Assembly: GCA_965279375.1 (NCBI GenBank)
Contig: OZ257156.1
Location: 4,608,001 to 4,672,000, forward strand
Direction: 5' to 3'
DNA length: 64,000 nucleotides
Origin: Gemmatimonas sp.
GTDB lineage: Bacteria > Gemmatimonadota > Gemmatimonadetes > Gemmatimonadales > Gemmatimonadaceae
Below are positions 31,225-42,418 of this stretch, piece by piece. Both the position numbers and the translations under genes were made by a program. The stretch's first letter is position 1; each line of letters starts with the position of its first letter. The notes under the pieces were generated by a model. The model did not search any database. It saw only the letters and a program-made list of their open reading frames with translations, and was not told the origin of the DNA.

Positions 31225-32699
31225 GGGACGTACTGCGACATCAGCGTTCGGCGCACTGCGAGGTGTGCGCGCAGCGTGGATGCGGCCGCGGTGAACGCTG
31301 CTTGATTGGCGAGTTGCGTGTAGCCAGTCTGCTCGCCGTTGACGCCGACGACGTACGGCGAGATCAGCGCGGTGTACCTGTCAACCAGTTCGTTCATCGC
31401 CGTCGTCGTGAAGACCGACTCGTTGAACGTCTTCATGTGCGCCTTGTAGCGTGCGAGGTAGACCGGATCGTCCGCGACGTAGCGCAGAAGCGGCCACGTG
31501 GCGCCGACCTCGTTCATCGACAGCGACACACCTTGCTGTCCGCCGCCACCGGGTCCAAACCCACCACCGCCTCCGGTCGCGGCCGTGATGCCTGGGCTTC
31601 CCGTCATCGACTGATTGTGATCCCACGGAATCCAGATGAGCTTTCGCGTGGGATGGTTGAAGAGGTAGTAGTTATGGGCAATCGCGCCGTAGGTGTCCCA
31701 ATTCACGATGGCGTTGTTGACCGCGAGGCGCTTGAGGAAGTGATCCATGTCGAACGTGGCCTCGAGTCCGGCGCGCCACGCAGCGGCGTTCGACGTACGC
31801 GTCGTGCTGTTGAGGGCGGCCAAGAACGACTGGACGTCGGTGTAGTTCGCGGCCGTTTCGTTGTTCTTCTTCTCGAACTGGCTCTGGACGAAAGTCTGGA
31901 AGTTGGATTCGGGTTTGTAGATGTTGCCCGAGTCGCTGCCGAACTGGTCCTTCACCATCGTGTCGTCGATGACTTCGAGCGCGGTATAGACGCCGCAGTA
32001 CTTGAGCCCCGCGCCAAAATCGATGGACACGCGATAGAACGCGCTCCGCGCAGCGTTTACGCCGGCCAGGCGGAAGATGTCGGCGGCGAGCTTCTCGCGA
32101 ATCAACGAAGGATCCGAGAAGCCGGGCGAAAACGAGAGCTCCTTGAAGCCGTGGAAGCGCTGGTCGGCGATCGCGGGGACCTTGTCTTCGAACTCGTCGA
32201 ACTGCATCCGAAAGGGCAGCTTGTACGTGCCACTGCGCCAAGATGACGAGAGCGACGAGTTTCCCTTGAGTCGCCAGCCCACGTTCTTCCACGTCTTGCC
32301 ATTGAACTTGAGCGTGACGTCGACGTAGTCGGGTTCAACCGACGGGAGACCACCGCCCGGCAGACCACCACCACCGCCCGGCGCCCCACCGCCTCCTCCT
32401 CCTGGGCCGCCAACACCGCCTGCGCCGAAGTCACTACCAAACAGCGTACGCATGTTGGTCTTCACGCTGTCCCACTGCGACGCACGCATCGTGATCTCGA
32501 TGCTGTTCACGGCCGCCTGCGGCAACACCGTGGCATAGTCTGGCGCAACGCCCTTACCGTGCGAGGCGGTGGTCCAGTCCGGGTTGTAGCTCGTCGGACT
32601 GGCTTCTGGAGAGCCGGGAGACGCCGGGTCAGCGCGGCACGCAGTCAGCAGGGCAGCTGCCGATACGAGGCATGCTCGAAGTAGCGCGGATCGTTGCAT
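31221..32699 (-). CDS. CotH-family kinase lipoprotein
   Basis: Lipobox LLTAC, VGWRLKGNSS, DPSLIRE, GVYTALE, GNIYK, NWDTY, HNYYL, WIPWDHN. Gly-rich inserts. Confidence 0.88.
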   Translation of the reverse strand: MQRSALLRACLVSAAALLTACRADPASPGSPEASPTSYNPDWTTASHGKGVAPDYATVLPQAAVNSIEITMRASQWDSVKTNMRTLFGSDFGAGGVGGPGGGGGGAPGGGGGLPGGGLPSVEPDYVDVTLKFNGKTWKNVGWRLKGNSSLSSSWRSGTYKLPFRMQFDEFEDKVPAIADQRFHGFKELSFSPGFSDPSLIREKLAADIFRLAGVNAARSAFYRVSIDFGAGLKYCGVYTALEVIDDTMVKDQFGSDSGNIYKPESNFQTFVQSQFEKKNNETAANYTDVQSFLAALNSTTRTSNAAAWRAGLEATFDMDHFLKRLAVNNAIVNWDTYGAIAHNYYLFNHPTRKLIWIPWDHNQSMTGSPGITAATGGGGGFGPGGGGQQGVSLSMNEVGATWPLLRYVADDPVYLARYKAHMKTFNESVFTTTAMNELVDRYTALISPYVVGVNGEQTGYTQLANQAAFTAAASTLRAHLAVRRTLMSQYVP

Positions 32700-32715
32700 G
32701 GGTGGCGGGGCGGGG

Positions 32716-32749
32716 GTTCGTCACGGTTCTGTTACAAAACACGTGACAT
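32716..32749 (-). promoter_or_regulatory. Pho-box/OmpR-like direct repeats upstream of the cotH-VTC operon
   Basis: Minus strand reads ATGTCAC-gtgtt-TTGTAAC-agaa-CCGTGAC. The last two heptamers are 11 bp apart, in an AT-rich patch. Confidence 0.5.
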
Positions 32750-32808
32750 TTGCCACACCCTATCGACCCCAACGGCCCCGGTTACCACGACAGGCATTGG
32801 CGCCGTTC

Positions 32809-32835
32809 GGCGCGGCGCCCGACTGGCGCCGCGCC
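32809..32835 (-). terminator. GC hairpin downstream of the Xaa-Pro peptidase gene
   Basis: Perfect 11-bp stem GGCGCGGCGCC-cgact-GGCGCCGCGCC with no clear U tract. Confidence 0.4.
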
Positions 32836-32870
32836 TTACGCGCGATCGCGGAGGCGCTCTCGCGTAAGCG

Positions 32871-34820
32871 CTATCGCGCTCCCGTGGCGGCTTTCAGCTT
32901 GGACGCGCCGCCAACCACTGGGAGTGAAAGCGACGACTTCGCGAGATCGATGGAGAGCTGCGCACCCGGAGCTGGGCGGAGCGTGAACCCCGCGTCGGTG
33001 GACAGGATCATCAGCCCCAGCTGCTGACCGGGAAGGAGCACCTGATCGTCCGACTCGAGCGGCACGGTCAGCGTGTAGAACTTTCCGGGCTCGAGCGGTG
33101 AGCCTGCACGCATGAACGTGTAGTCGCCGGTGCCGCGCAGTGATTCGTGATTCTGCGGATCCGCCCATCCACGCGTGACGACGCCCACCTGCCCTGCACT
33201 GCCGATACGCGTGGTGTCGAAGGGCAGCGTGACCAGATAGACCGAGAGGTTCACCGCCGGCTTGTTGGCCGCGAGAGTCAGCGTCACGCTCGCGCGTCCC
33301 GACAGATGGATGGAGTCGGTGAGCGCAGGCAATGCATAGAGCAACCGATTGGGCGATGCAGCGGAGAGTGCCATCATCGCCGGAGTCACCAGCCCGTCGT
33401 CGGTGAACGTTTCGATGCTCGCAGCACGCGGAGCGCTGAATCCGAGCGCACCTACGCCGCTGCCGCCTTTGCTCAGGCGCAGCGTGACGTTGGCAGAGCC
33501 GGGCACAGGATAATCCGCGAAGAACGTCGGAGCCGGCGCCGCGCCACGGCCGCCCGCGACGGGTGCCGTTGCCGTCGATTGCACGATCATCGCGCGCGGC
33601 AGTGTATCGACGCCGTTCGCCACGCCGTAGAGATAGTGCGCCCACCACTTCGCCTGGATCTCCTGCGGCGGCGGTGCGCCATGTCCGCCTTGGCTCATGT
33701 ACAGCTTCGCGGAAGGGTTCACGTTCTTGAGCGCGTCCCACATGCGGATGGTATGCTCTGGCATCACGTTCCAGTCATTGAAGCCATGCGCGAACAGCAC
33801 CGCCGCCGTGATGTTCTTGGCCTGCGGCGTCTGATCGCGGTCCGCCCAGAACTGGTTGAAATCGCCGGACTGCCGATCGGCCGATGCCGCGAAGATGCCA
33901 TCACGCCAGATGCTGTCGCAGCGCTCGCGTACGCGGCCGCTGTGCACGAAATCGTAGAGCGCGTGCACGTCCTCGCCGAGGTAGCCACCGGGAGACCGCA
34001 CCAATCCGTTCGAGCGGTAGTAGCGATACTGCGACGTGTTGGGCGAGATCGGGATGATCGCTTCAAGTCCCTTCACTCCGCTCAGTGCCGCCGCCAACGG
34101 CATGGTGCCTTCATACGACACACCAGTCATGCCGACCTTGCCACTCGACCACGCGGTGGCACTCACTTCGACGTCGCCGTCGAGGGACGTGAATCCCTTG
34201 GCTCGACCGTTCAGCCAATCGATCACGAACTTGGGCGTCGCGTTCTCTATGGAGTCACCAACCGTCGGACACCCGCTGGACAGTCCGGTCCCCGCGTTCT
34301 CCGCGGCCACCGCAGCGAACCCGCGTGCCACCCACGCTACGGGACCGGACTTGAGCCGCATGTCCTCCGTGAACGGTTTGTAGGCAGGCACTTTGCGCAG
34401 CGGGGACGGTGCGCCGAGTTCCTGCGCAACGTCCCAATTGGGTGACTCCCCATTCGTAGGGCCAATGTAGGGAGACGACAGCATGAGGCTCGGCACCTTG
34501 AGCCCCGCCGCCTCCGCCGCCCCCGGTCGCACGACTTGCACGTGGATGCGGTCAGGCTTGCCGTCTCGATCGCTGTCGAAGTTGGTGAGCACCCACACCG
34601 ACTCGCGAACGAGTTTGGTGGAGTCGGCAAATTCGGTGACGGGCTGCAGCATGCCGTCCTTCACGACCACGTCCAGCTTGCCGTTCGCGCCGATGCCAGA
34701 GACGGGTGCGACGGCGCCAGTTCCCGGCCGATTCTGCGCGAGCAGGTGCGCCGGAGTGCCCAGCGCGCCGCCCGCGATCGCCAGCGCGAAGAACGTAGAA
34801 TGCGTGATCGAAAGCTGCAT
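32871..34820 (-). CDS. Secreted Xaa-Pro dipeptidyl-peptidase (S15, CocE/NonD/PepX family)
   Basis: Signal peptide, DSDRDGKPD, GVSYEG nucleophile elbow, HGFNDWNV, GGH, VTRGWADPQN. Confidence 0.88.
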   Translation of the reverse strand: MQLSITHSTFFALAIAGGALGTPAHLLAQNRPGTGAVAPVSGIGANGKLDVVVKDGMLQPVTEFADSTKLVRESVWVLTNFDSDRDGKPDRIHVQVVRPGAAEAAGLKVPSLMLSSPYIGPTNGESPNWDVAQELGAPSPLRKVPAYKPFTEDMRLKSGPVAWVARGFAAVAAENAGTGLSSGCPTVGDSIENATPKFVIDWLNGRAKGFTSLDGDVEVSATAWSSGKVGMTGVSYEGTMPLAAALSGVKGLEAIIPISPNTSQYRYYRSNGLVRSPGGYLGEDVHALYDFVHSGRVRERCDSIWRDGIFAASADRQSGDFNQFWADRDQTPQAKNITAAVLFAHGFNDWNVMPEHTIRMWDALKNVNPSAKLYMSQGGHGAPPPQEIQAKWWAHYLYGVANGVDTLPRAMIVQSTATAPVAGGRGAAPAPTFFADYPVPGSANVTLRLSKGGSGVGALGFSAPRAASIETFTDDGLVTPAMMALSAASPNRLLYALPALTDSIHLSGRASVTLTLAANKPAVNLSVYLVTLPFDTTRIGSAGQVGVVTRGWADPQNHESLRGTGDYTFMRAGSPLEPGKFYTLTVPLESDDQVLLPGQQLGLMILSTDAGFTLRPAPGAQLSIDLAKSSLSLPVVGGASKLKAATGAR

Positions 34821-34929
34821 GTCGGAACCGTCCGCTTATGTGAGTTGGAACATGTCTGCCGCGCGCATGTAACTGCGTCGCCGACCTCGGCTACGTACCC
34901 GAACGCCAGAACTTACATCACCAGCCTCC

Positions 34930-34951
34930 ACCCTTCACTTACCCTTCACTT
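34930..34951. repeat. Two 11-bp tandem copies downstream of the MATE gene
   Basis: ACCCTTCACTT ACCCTTCACTT. Confidence 0.75.
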
Positions 34952-34965
34952 ACCCTACGCTCCCG

Positions 34966-36315
34966 CTACACCCGCACGACGCGCCAGCGGCCGCTTCCCC
35001 AGAGGACCGACATCACGACGCCACGCGCGGCCGCCGTCAACGCGAGCGTCCACCAGAGACCTGTGGTGCCGTATTGTGCAGCGGCCCACGCGCCGACCGG
35101 AATACGGAGCGCCGTGATCGCCGTGGACGACAGCATCGGCGGCAACGTCCACCCTGCCCCACCCATCGCGCTCTCGAGCACGACTTCCGCGCCAAGAAAC
35201 AGCTGGGAAAACGCAGCGATCCGCAGATAGTGCGCCGCTTCGGCCACCACCGCGGGATCGGTTGAGAAGATGCCCGCCAGCCACGTCGGCGCGAGCGTCG
35301 TGCACGCGGCCATCACGAAACCGACTCCGCTCACGATGGCGGCGGCGCTCCATCCCGCTTTGCGCGCGCGTTCCACGTTGCCGGCGCCGAGACTCTGTCC
35401 GACGATTGCAGCCACTGCCGCGCCGAAGCCGACGGCGATGACGTACACGATGCCTTCCACGCGAAAGCCGAGCCCCAGCGCGGCGAGCGCCGGCGTACCG
35501 AACTGCGTGGTGGTCCGCGTGAGGAACACGTAGATCGCGCTGAATGCGACACCCGTCGCTGCTGCCGGTGCCCCGATGCGTGCGATCGATGCGATCACGT
35601 CACGGCGCGGGAGTGCGAACCGCACCATTCCGCGCGCATGCAACACCGCGATGCCAGCGACACAGCCCAACGCGCGCGGAACAATCGTGGCCAGCGCCGC
35701 ACCACGCACGCCCATGGGCGCGATCGGACCGTAGCCGAGGATCAATAGCGGATCGAGCACGAGACCGAGCACCGTCGTGCAGGCGAGCACGTACAACGGA
35801 GTGCGCGTATCACCGCTCGCGCGAAACGCTGCATCCACGGCAAAGAAGCCGAAGATGAGCGGCATGCCCAGCAGATAGGTGCCGAGGTACTGCGCTCCGA
35901 TGCGCGTCACACCGGGACTCGTTTCCATCAACGCGAAGAGCGTCGGGATGAGCACCGGCGTGAGCACGGCAATGACGCATCCCAACGCGATGCCAAACAG
36001 CAATCCATCGCTGACCGTGCGCGCCGCTTCGCTGGGGCGACGCTCACCGTGTCGCCGTGCGACGATGGCGTCGACGCCGATGCTCACCATCTCACCGATC
36101 GAGATGACGAGCCAGATCCAGAAGATCGAAGCGGTGGCAGCGGCAAGTGAATCGGCACCGAGGTAGCGGCCGATCCAGAACGTGTCCACGGTGTGGAACA
36201 TGGTCATCAGCAGATTCGCGATGACCGCCGGAACCGCGACGCGCCGGATCGTGCGCGCCAACGGTTCATTGACCAGCGCGCCTTCCGACGCGTCGTGCTC
36301 TGCCTCGAGACTCAG
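34966..36315 (-). CDS. MATE family efflux transporter
   Basis: VAVPA..VDTFWIG, FRASGDTRTP, LDPLLI, GQSLGAG. About 12 TM helices. Start uncertain (CTG 36315 overlapping the mrp stop, or TTG 36261). Confidence 0.88.
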   Translation of the reverse strand: MSLEAEHDASEGALVNEPLARTIRRVAVPAVIANLLMTMFHTVDTFWIGRYLGADSLAAATASIFWIWLVISIGEMVSIGVDAIVARRHGERRPSEAARTVSDGLLFGIALGCVIAVLTPVLIPTLFALMETSPGVTRIGAQYLGTYLLGMPLIFGFFAVDAAFRASGDTRTPLYVLACTTVLGLVLDPLLILGYGPIAPMGVRGAALATIVPRALGCVAGIAVLHARGMVRFALPRRDVIASIARIGAPAAATGVAFSAIYVFLTRTTTQFGTPALAALGLGFRVEGIVYVIAVGFGAAVAAIVGQSLGAGNVERARKAGWSAAAIVSGVGFVMAACTTLAPTWLAGIFSTDPAVVAEAAHYLRIAAFSQLFLGAEVVLESAMGGAGWTLPPMLSSTAITALRIPVGAWAAAQYGTTGLWWTLALTAAARGVVMSVLWGSGRWRVVRV

Positions 36316-37448
36316 ACGCGGAGGTGTTGCGCGCCGTAGCGTTCGTTGAGCCGCTCGACTGCCTTGAGGGCAATGCTTTCGAGCGCCTTGGCCGCCTTGG
36401 AGGTCGGCTCCGCTGCGACGATCGGGCGTCCCGTGTCTCCGCCTTCCTGCACTCGCGGATCGAGCGGCACCTGGCCGAGCAGCGGCAGATTGCATTCCTG
36501 CGCGAGACGTTCACCGCCACCCGATCCGAACACCGCGATCGGCTTGCCCGTCTCCGGATTCTCGAACCACGACATGTTTTCGACGATACCGAGCACCGGC
36601 ACGCCCGTGCGCTCGAACATCTTCACGCCGCGCAGCGCGTCACCCACCGACACCTGCTGCGGCGTGGTGACGATGATCGCGCCATGCACTTGCGTGGCCT
36701 GTACGAGAGAGAGCTGCGCATCGCCCGTACCCGGCGGCATGTCCACCAGGAAGTAGTCGAGCTGGCCCCACGCGACATCGCGCAGGAACTGCGTGAGGAT
36801 CTTCATCACGATCGGACCGCGCCAGATCGCTGGCTGCTCCTTCTCGATCAGGAAGCCGAGCGAAATGACCTTGATGCCATACGCTTCGAGGGGAATGATC
36901 TTCTCGTCGCGTACAGCGGGTGCCGCATCGACTCCAAGCATCAGCGGAAGGTTAGGCCCGTAGATGTCGGCATCCATGATGCCCACGCGCTTGCCCTGCG
37001 CAGCCAGTGCGAGTGCGATGTTGACGGCAACCGTCGACTTGCCCACGCCGCCCTTGCCCGATGAGATGGCGATGATACGACCAAGCTGCGGATACGCGAC
37101 AGGCTCGGGGACCTTGGGCGGCGCCTTTGTCGGTGCGCTATCCATAACCGGAAGGGCTCGGCCTGTACCGCCAGTGGCCGGCGCCTGACGCGCGGGCGTC
37201 GGCTCGGACTGCGCGGGATCACGCACATCAATGCGTACCTCGGCGACGCCCAGTGCTTCTATCGCTTGCCGCACATCGCGCACGAGCATCGCCTCGTCGG
37301 CGGGCGAAAGCAGCAACGTCAGGCGGACTTTGCCGTCGGTGGTGGTCGCGATATCGCGCACCATTTCGGCGGCCATGACATCGGCGCCGGTGCGCGGATT
37401 GCGCACGCTGGCGAGGGCGCCAGCGATACGCTCCTGAAGGGTCGACAT
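36312..37448 (-). CDS. mrp: Mrp/ApbC/NBP35 Fe-S cluster carrier ATPase
   Basis: SGKGGVGKST, DADIYGP, WRGP, DMPPGTGD, VENMS. Confidence 0.92.
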   Translation of the reverse strand: MSTLQERIAGALASVRNPRTGADVMAAEMVRDIATTTDGKVRLTLLLSPADEAMLVRDVRQAIEALGVAEVRIDVRDPAQSEPTPARQAPATGGTGRALPVMDSAPTKAPPKVPEPVAYPQLGRIIAISSGKGGVGKSTVAVNIALALAAQGKRVGIMDADIYGPNLPLMLGVDAAPAVRDEKIIPLEAYGIKVISLGFLIEKEQPAIWRGPIVMKILTQFLRDVAWGQLDYFLVDMPPGTGDAQLSLVQATQVHGAIIVTTPQQVSVGDALRGVKMFERTGVPVLGIVENMSWFENPETGKPIAVFGSGGGERLAQECNLPLLGQVPLDPRVQEGGDTGRPIVAAEPTSKAAKALESIALKAVERLNERYGAQHLRV

Positions 37449-37581
37449 GACGATCTAAGTGGTTCGAGGGCGAATACGGCGCAGGTACCTTCCCCGCGCT
37501 CCCCCGAAAGCTAGACGCCGCACGGTGTCCGACCAAGACGAGAACGCACCCGGGCGGTTCCCGTCTCGCAGGCTCGTAACC

Positions 37582-38625
37582 TTAGGCCCGCAGGTGACCC
37601 GTCGTCAGGTACTCACGGGCATCGGCCAGCACGCGCGTCCGCACTTCATCGAGCGAACCGGTAAGCAGGGCGCCGGACGCCTTGGCATGTCCACCGCCGC
37701 CGTAGGTGCGCGCCAACTGCTGTACGTCGACCGTACCCGTGCTACGGAACGACACCTTCACCTTGCCGTGGCCGAGATCGCGGAAGAACAAGGCGAGTCG
37801 CGTACCCGCGATCGAACGTGGATGCTCGACGATGCCGTCCAGTTCTTCGCTGGTGACGTCGTACTTCTCCATGACGCCGGCGTTGACGGCGATCCACGAG
37901 AGGCCGAGCGGAGCATCGACTTCCAGTGAGCCGAGCGCATCCCGCAGCAACTGTAGCCGCCCGACGCTCACCTGCGCGTAGATGCGGGAGTACATCTCCT
38001 CGGGATTCACGCCCGCCGTGAGCAGCGCCGACGCGATCGCGTGCGCGCGCGGCGACGTGTTGCTGAAGCGGAAGCTGCCCGTGTCGGTGAGAATCGCGCA
38101 GTAGAGCGACTGCGCAATCGCCGGCGTGAGGTCGAGATCCATCACGCAGGCGAAGTCGAAGACGAGTTCACCCGTCGCACAGGCGCGTGTGTCGGCGACC
38201 GCCAACTGCCCCACCGGTTCGTCGCCCGCGACATGATGATCGATGACGCCCACCGGCACTGTGATGCTTCGTACGGTGTCGGCCAACGCGCCAAGGCGGC
38301 GCACATCGTTGATGTCGAGCACGACGAGCGCGTCGATGTCCTTGAGCGCCTGCGCGCCTTCGGTACTCGCCTCCTGCACATCGGGACCGAGCAGAAACTC
38401 GAACATGCTCGGCCACGGCGTTGGATTGACGATGCGCGCGGTCACGCCCATCTGCGCCAGCAGTCGCGCCAGCGCGGTCTCCGAGCCGCAGCCATCGCCG
38501 TCGGAGTTGATGTGCGTTGAGAGGGCGACCGTCATACCGGGCTTGAACATCGCAACGAACGCACGAATGGCGTCCACACGAGCCGGTGCAACAGCGAGCA
38601 GGTCCTGCGCGGTAGGAGTCGTCAC
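37582..38625 (-). CDS. nrnA: DHH/DHHA1 phosphoesterase (NrnA-like oligoribonuclease / pAp phosphatase)
   Basis: HINSDGDG, IDHH, TDTGSF, KVSFRS, GGGHAKASG. Confidence 0.88.
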   Translation of the reverse strand: MTTPTAQDLLAVAPARVDAIRAFVAMFKPGMTVALSTHINSDGDGCGSETALARLLAQMGVTARIVNPTPWPSMFEFLLGPDVQEASTEGAQALKDIDALVVLDINDVRRLGALADTVRSITVPVGVIDHHVAGDEPVGQLAVADTRACATGELVFDFACVMDLDLTPAIAQSLYCAILTDTGSFRFSNTSPRAHAIASALLTAGVNPEEMYSRIYAQVSVGRLQLLRDALGSLEVDAPLGLSWIAVNAGVMEKYDVTSEELDGIVEHPRSIAGTRLALFFRDLGHGKVKVSFRSTGTVDVQQLARTYGGGGHAKASGALLTGSLDEVRTRVLADAREYLTTGHLRA

Positions 38626-38641
38626 GAAACAGAGCAAAAGA

Positions 38642-38673
38642 GAACGGCGCCCGTATAGCACGGAGCGCCGTTC
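38642..38673 (-). terminator. Intrinsic terminator after the amino acid permease
   Basis: GAACGGCGC...GCGCCGTTC stem followed by TCTTTTG on the minus strand. Confidence 0.7.
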
Positions 38674-38716
38674 AAGTTACCCGCCAGCGTTCACTTCTGC
38701 TGGCGGACGATCTGCA

Positions 38717-40195
38717 TCAAGCCACCTTGTTCAGCGTGCTGTGCTTCTTGCCGTAGCCGAAGTAGAAGAACATGCCGATCGCGAGCCAGACAACCAGACG
38801 AATCCAGGTGTCCTTGCCGAGCCCGTAGATCATGGCGCCGCACACGATGATGCCGAGCGTGGAGACGACCGGAACCGCAGGCACGCGGAAGGCGCGATGC
38901 AATTCGGGGCGCTTGACGCGCAGGATCCAGACGCCGGCGCAGACGAGCATGAACGCGAAGAGCGTACCGATGCTGGTCATCTCGCCAACGATGCTGTCAG
39001 GAAGGAAGCCGGCGAACGCAGCAGTGAAGAAGAAGAACAGGAGGTTCGACTTCCACGGCGTGCGGTACTTGGGGTGCGTGTCCGAGAAGATCTTGGGTAC
39101 GAGGCCGTCGCGGCTCATCGAGTAGAACACGCGCGACTGGCCAAGGAGCATGACCAGAATGACCGAGCTGAAACCGGCGAGAATGGCGACGGTGACCATG
39201 TTCGCGAGCCAGCCGTAACCGATCATGTACTTCTCGATGGCGAACGCGACCGATGCTTCACCGCCCGCGCCGCGGAAATCTTCGACCGTGGCGACGCCGC
39301 TGAGCACGTGGGCAAAGAGCACGTAGAGCAGCGTGCAGACCACGAGCGAGCCGAGAATGCCGATCGGCATGTCGCGCGCCGGGTTCTTGGCTTCCTGCGC
39401 CGCGGTGGAGACCGCGTCGAAGCCGATGAAAGCGAAGAACACGACACCTGCTGCACCGAGAATACCCATGATGCCGCCGTAGGCGTGCGTCACACCGAGC
39501 TTGGTGGTGTACGTCGTGGCTTCCGGGATGTACGGCGTGTGATTGGCCGGGTTCATGAAGCCCCAGCCGATACCGATCACCATCATGACGATGGCGACTT
39601 TGGTGATCACGATGATGCCGTTGAGCAGTGCGGATTCCTGCGTGCCGCGCACCAACACCAGCGAGAGCAGCAACAGTACGATGACCGCCGGAACGTTCAT
39701 GATACCCTGCGTACCGGTGCCGGCCATCGTTTCAAACGGCGAGTGGCTCCATTGGTATGGTATAGCCCCTACGCCTAGTATCGTGAGCAATTTGTTGAAG
39801 TATTGACTCCATGCGATCGCGACGGTGGCCGCGCCGACCGCGTATTCGAGCACGAGGTCCCAGCCGATGATCCACGCGACCAACTCGCCCATGGTGGCGT
39901 ACGAGTACGTGTACGCGCTGCCGGCGATCGGGATCATGGAAGCGAACTCCGCGTAGCAGAGCCCCGCAAAGGCGCATCCCAAACCGGCGACAAGGAAGGC
40001 CAACGTCACTGACGGGCCCGCGCGCTCGGCGATTGCAGCCGCAGTTCGCACGAACAACCCGGCACCGATAATGGCACCGATCCCCAAACCGACGAGGGAC
40101 CACGCGCCGAGGGTGCGTTTCAGCGCACTCTCGCCCTCGACTCCTGCATCCTTCATCAGGAGATCGATCGACTTTGTTCGATTCATACTGGCCAC
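38717..40195 (-). CDS. APC-family amino acid permease
   Basis: GAIIGAG, YAEFAS..GSAYTY, FFAFIGFDAVST, QEAKNP. About 12 TM helices. Confidence 0.93.
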   Translation of the reverse strand: MASMNRTKSIDLLMKDAGVEGESALKRTLGAWSLVGLGIGAIIGAGLFVRTAAAIAERAGPSVTLAFLVAGLGCAFAGLCYAEFASMIPIAGSAYTYSYATMGELVAWIIGWDLVLEYAVGAATVAIAWSQYFNKLLTILGVGAIPYQWSHSPFETMAGTGTQGIMNVPAVIVLLLLSLVLVRGTQESALLNGIIVITKVAIVMMVIGIGWGFMNPANHTPYIPEATTYTTKLGVTHAYGGIMGILGAAGVVFFAFIGFDAVSTAAQEAKNPARDMPIGILGSLVVCTLLYVLFAHVLSGVATVEDFRGAGGEASVAFAIEKYMIGYGWLANMVTVAILAGFSSVILVMLLGQSRVFYSMSRDGLVPKIFSDTHPKYRTPWKSNLLFFFFTAAFAGFLPDSIVGEMTSIGTLFAFMLVCAGVWILRVKRPELHRAFRVPAVPVVSTLGIIVCGAMIYGLGKDTWIRLVVWLAIGMFFYFGYGKKHSTLNKVA

Positions 40196-40288
40196 GAAAG
40201 ACCCTCTCAGTGTGCAGCGGCGGAGAACGCGGGAAATGCATCACATGCAAAACGGCGACAAACTGTCGCCATTCTGTTGCAACGGGCG

Positions 40289-40317
40289 AAGATGGCCGCC
40301 GGTCCACACGGAGTCAA
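40289..40317 (-). promoter_or_regulatory. Putative sigma70 promoter for the permease
   Basis: Minus strand TTGACT-N17-CATCTT about 95 nt upstream of the start. Confidence 0.5.
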
Positions 40318-40366
40318 GCACGGCTCGCGCATCGCAGCGACGAGCCGGAGAGCGGGCTGCCGCGCG

Positions 40367-41980
<1,614 letters not shown>

Positions 41981-42418
41981 CTAGGGATCGAGTGACGCGT
42001 CCTCGTCGACGCGTTCAGCACGGCGCGCCATCCGACGCAGCCGGCGACGGAGATGCGGCGGCAGAAAGAACCCCGCAGCGCCCACCACCCTCGTCACGTT
42101 CAGTTCAGACAAATCCTCGGCCGCGCCCCGCCAGTGCGTGAGCAGAACCCGCCGGCCCGCGTTGTCCATCAGCCGCTGCACCGCGAGCATGACGAAGAAG
42201 ACGTCGTCCACCTCGCCGAAGAACGGGATGAAGTCGGGAATGAAGTCCAGCGGCGATATCGCATACGCGATCGCCCCCAACACCATTGCCCGGTCCAGCT
42301 TGGAGACGCGGGCATCGCGCATCAGGCCGAAGAGCAGCCGGATGTAGGCCGGAATCTGCCGGATGGCGTGCAGGACAGTGCGCTTGGCGCCGGTCCGCGG
42401 CCGATCCGGGCGTCTCAC
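41981..42418 (-). CDS. YkvA/DUF1232 family membrane protein
   Basis: YAISPLDFIPDFIPFFGEVDD signature. Confidence 0.88.
   Translation of the reverse strand: MRRPDRPRTGAKRTVLHAIRQIPAYIRLLFGLMRDARVSKLDRAMVLGAIAYAISPLDFIPDFIPFFGEVDDVFFVMLAVQRLMDNAGRRVLLTHWRGAAEDLSELNVTRVVGAAGFFLPPHLRRRLRRMARRAERVDEDASLDP

Noticed and set aside
31221..32699. Sporulation (spore coat) function for CotH
   Set aside because: The lipobox, the outer-membrane barrel neighbour and the absence of sporulation genes point to an envelope role in a diderm cell.
38243..39778. 511-aa plus-strand ORF, and similarly 50880..52298, 33147..34445 and 28063..29265
   Set aside because: Each lies antisense to well-supported genes and has no domain features.
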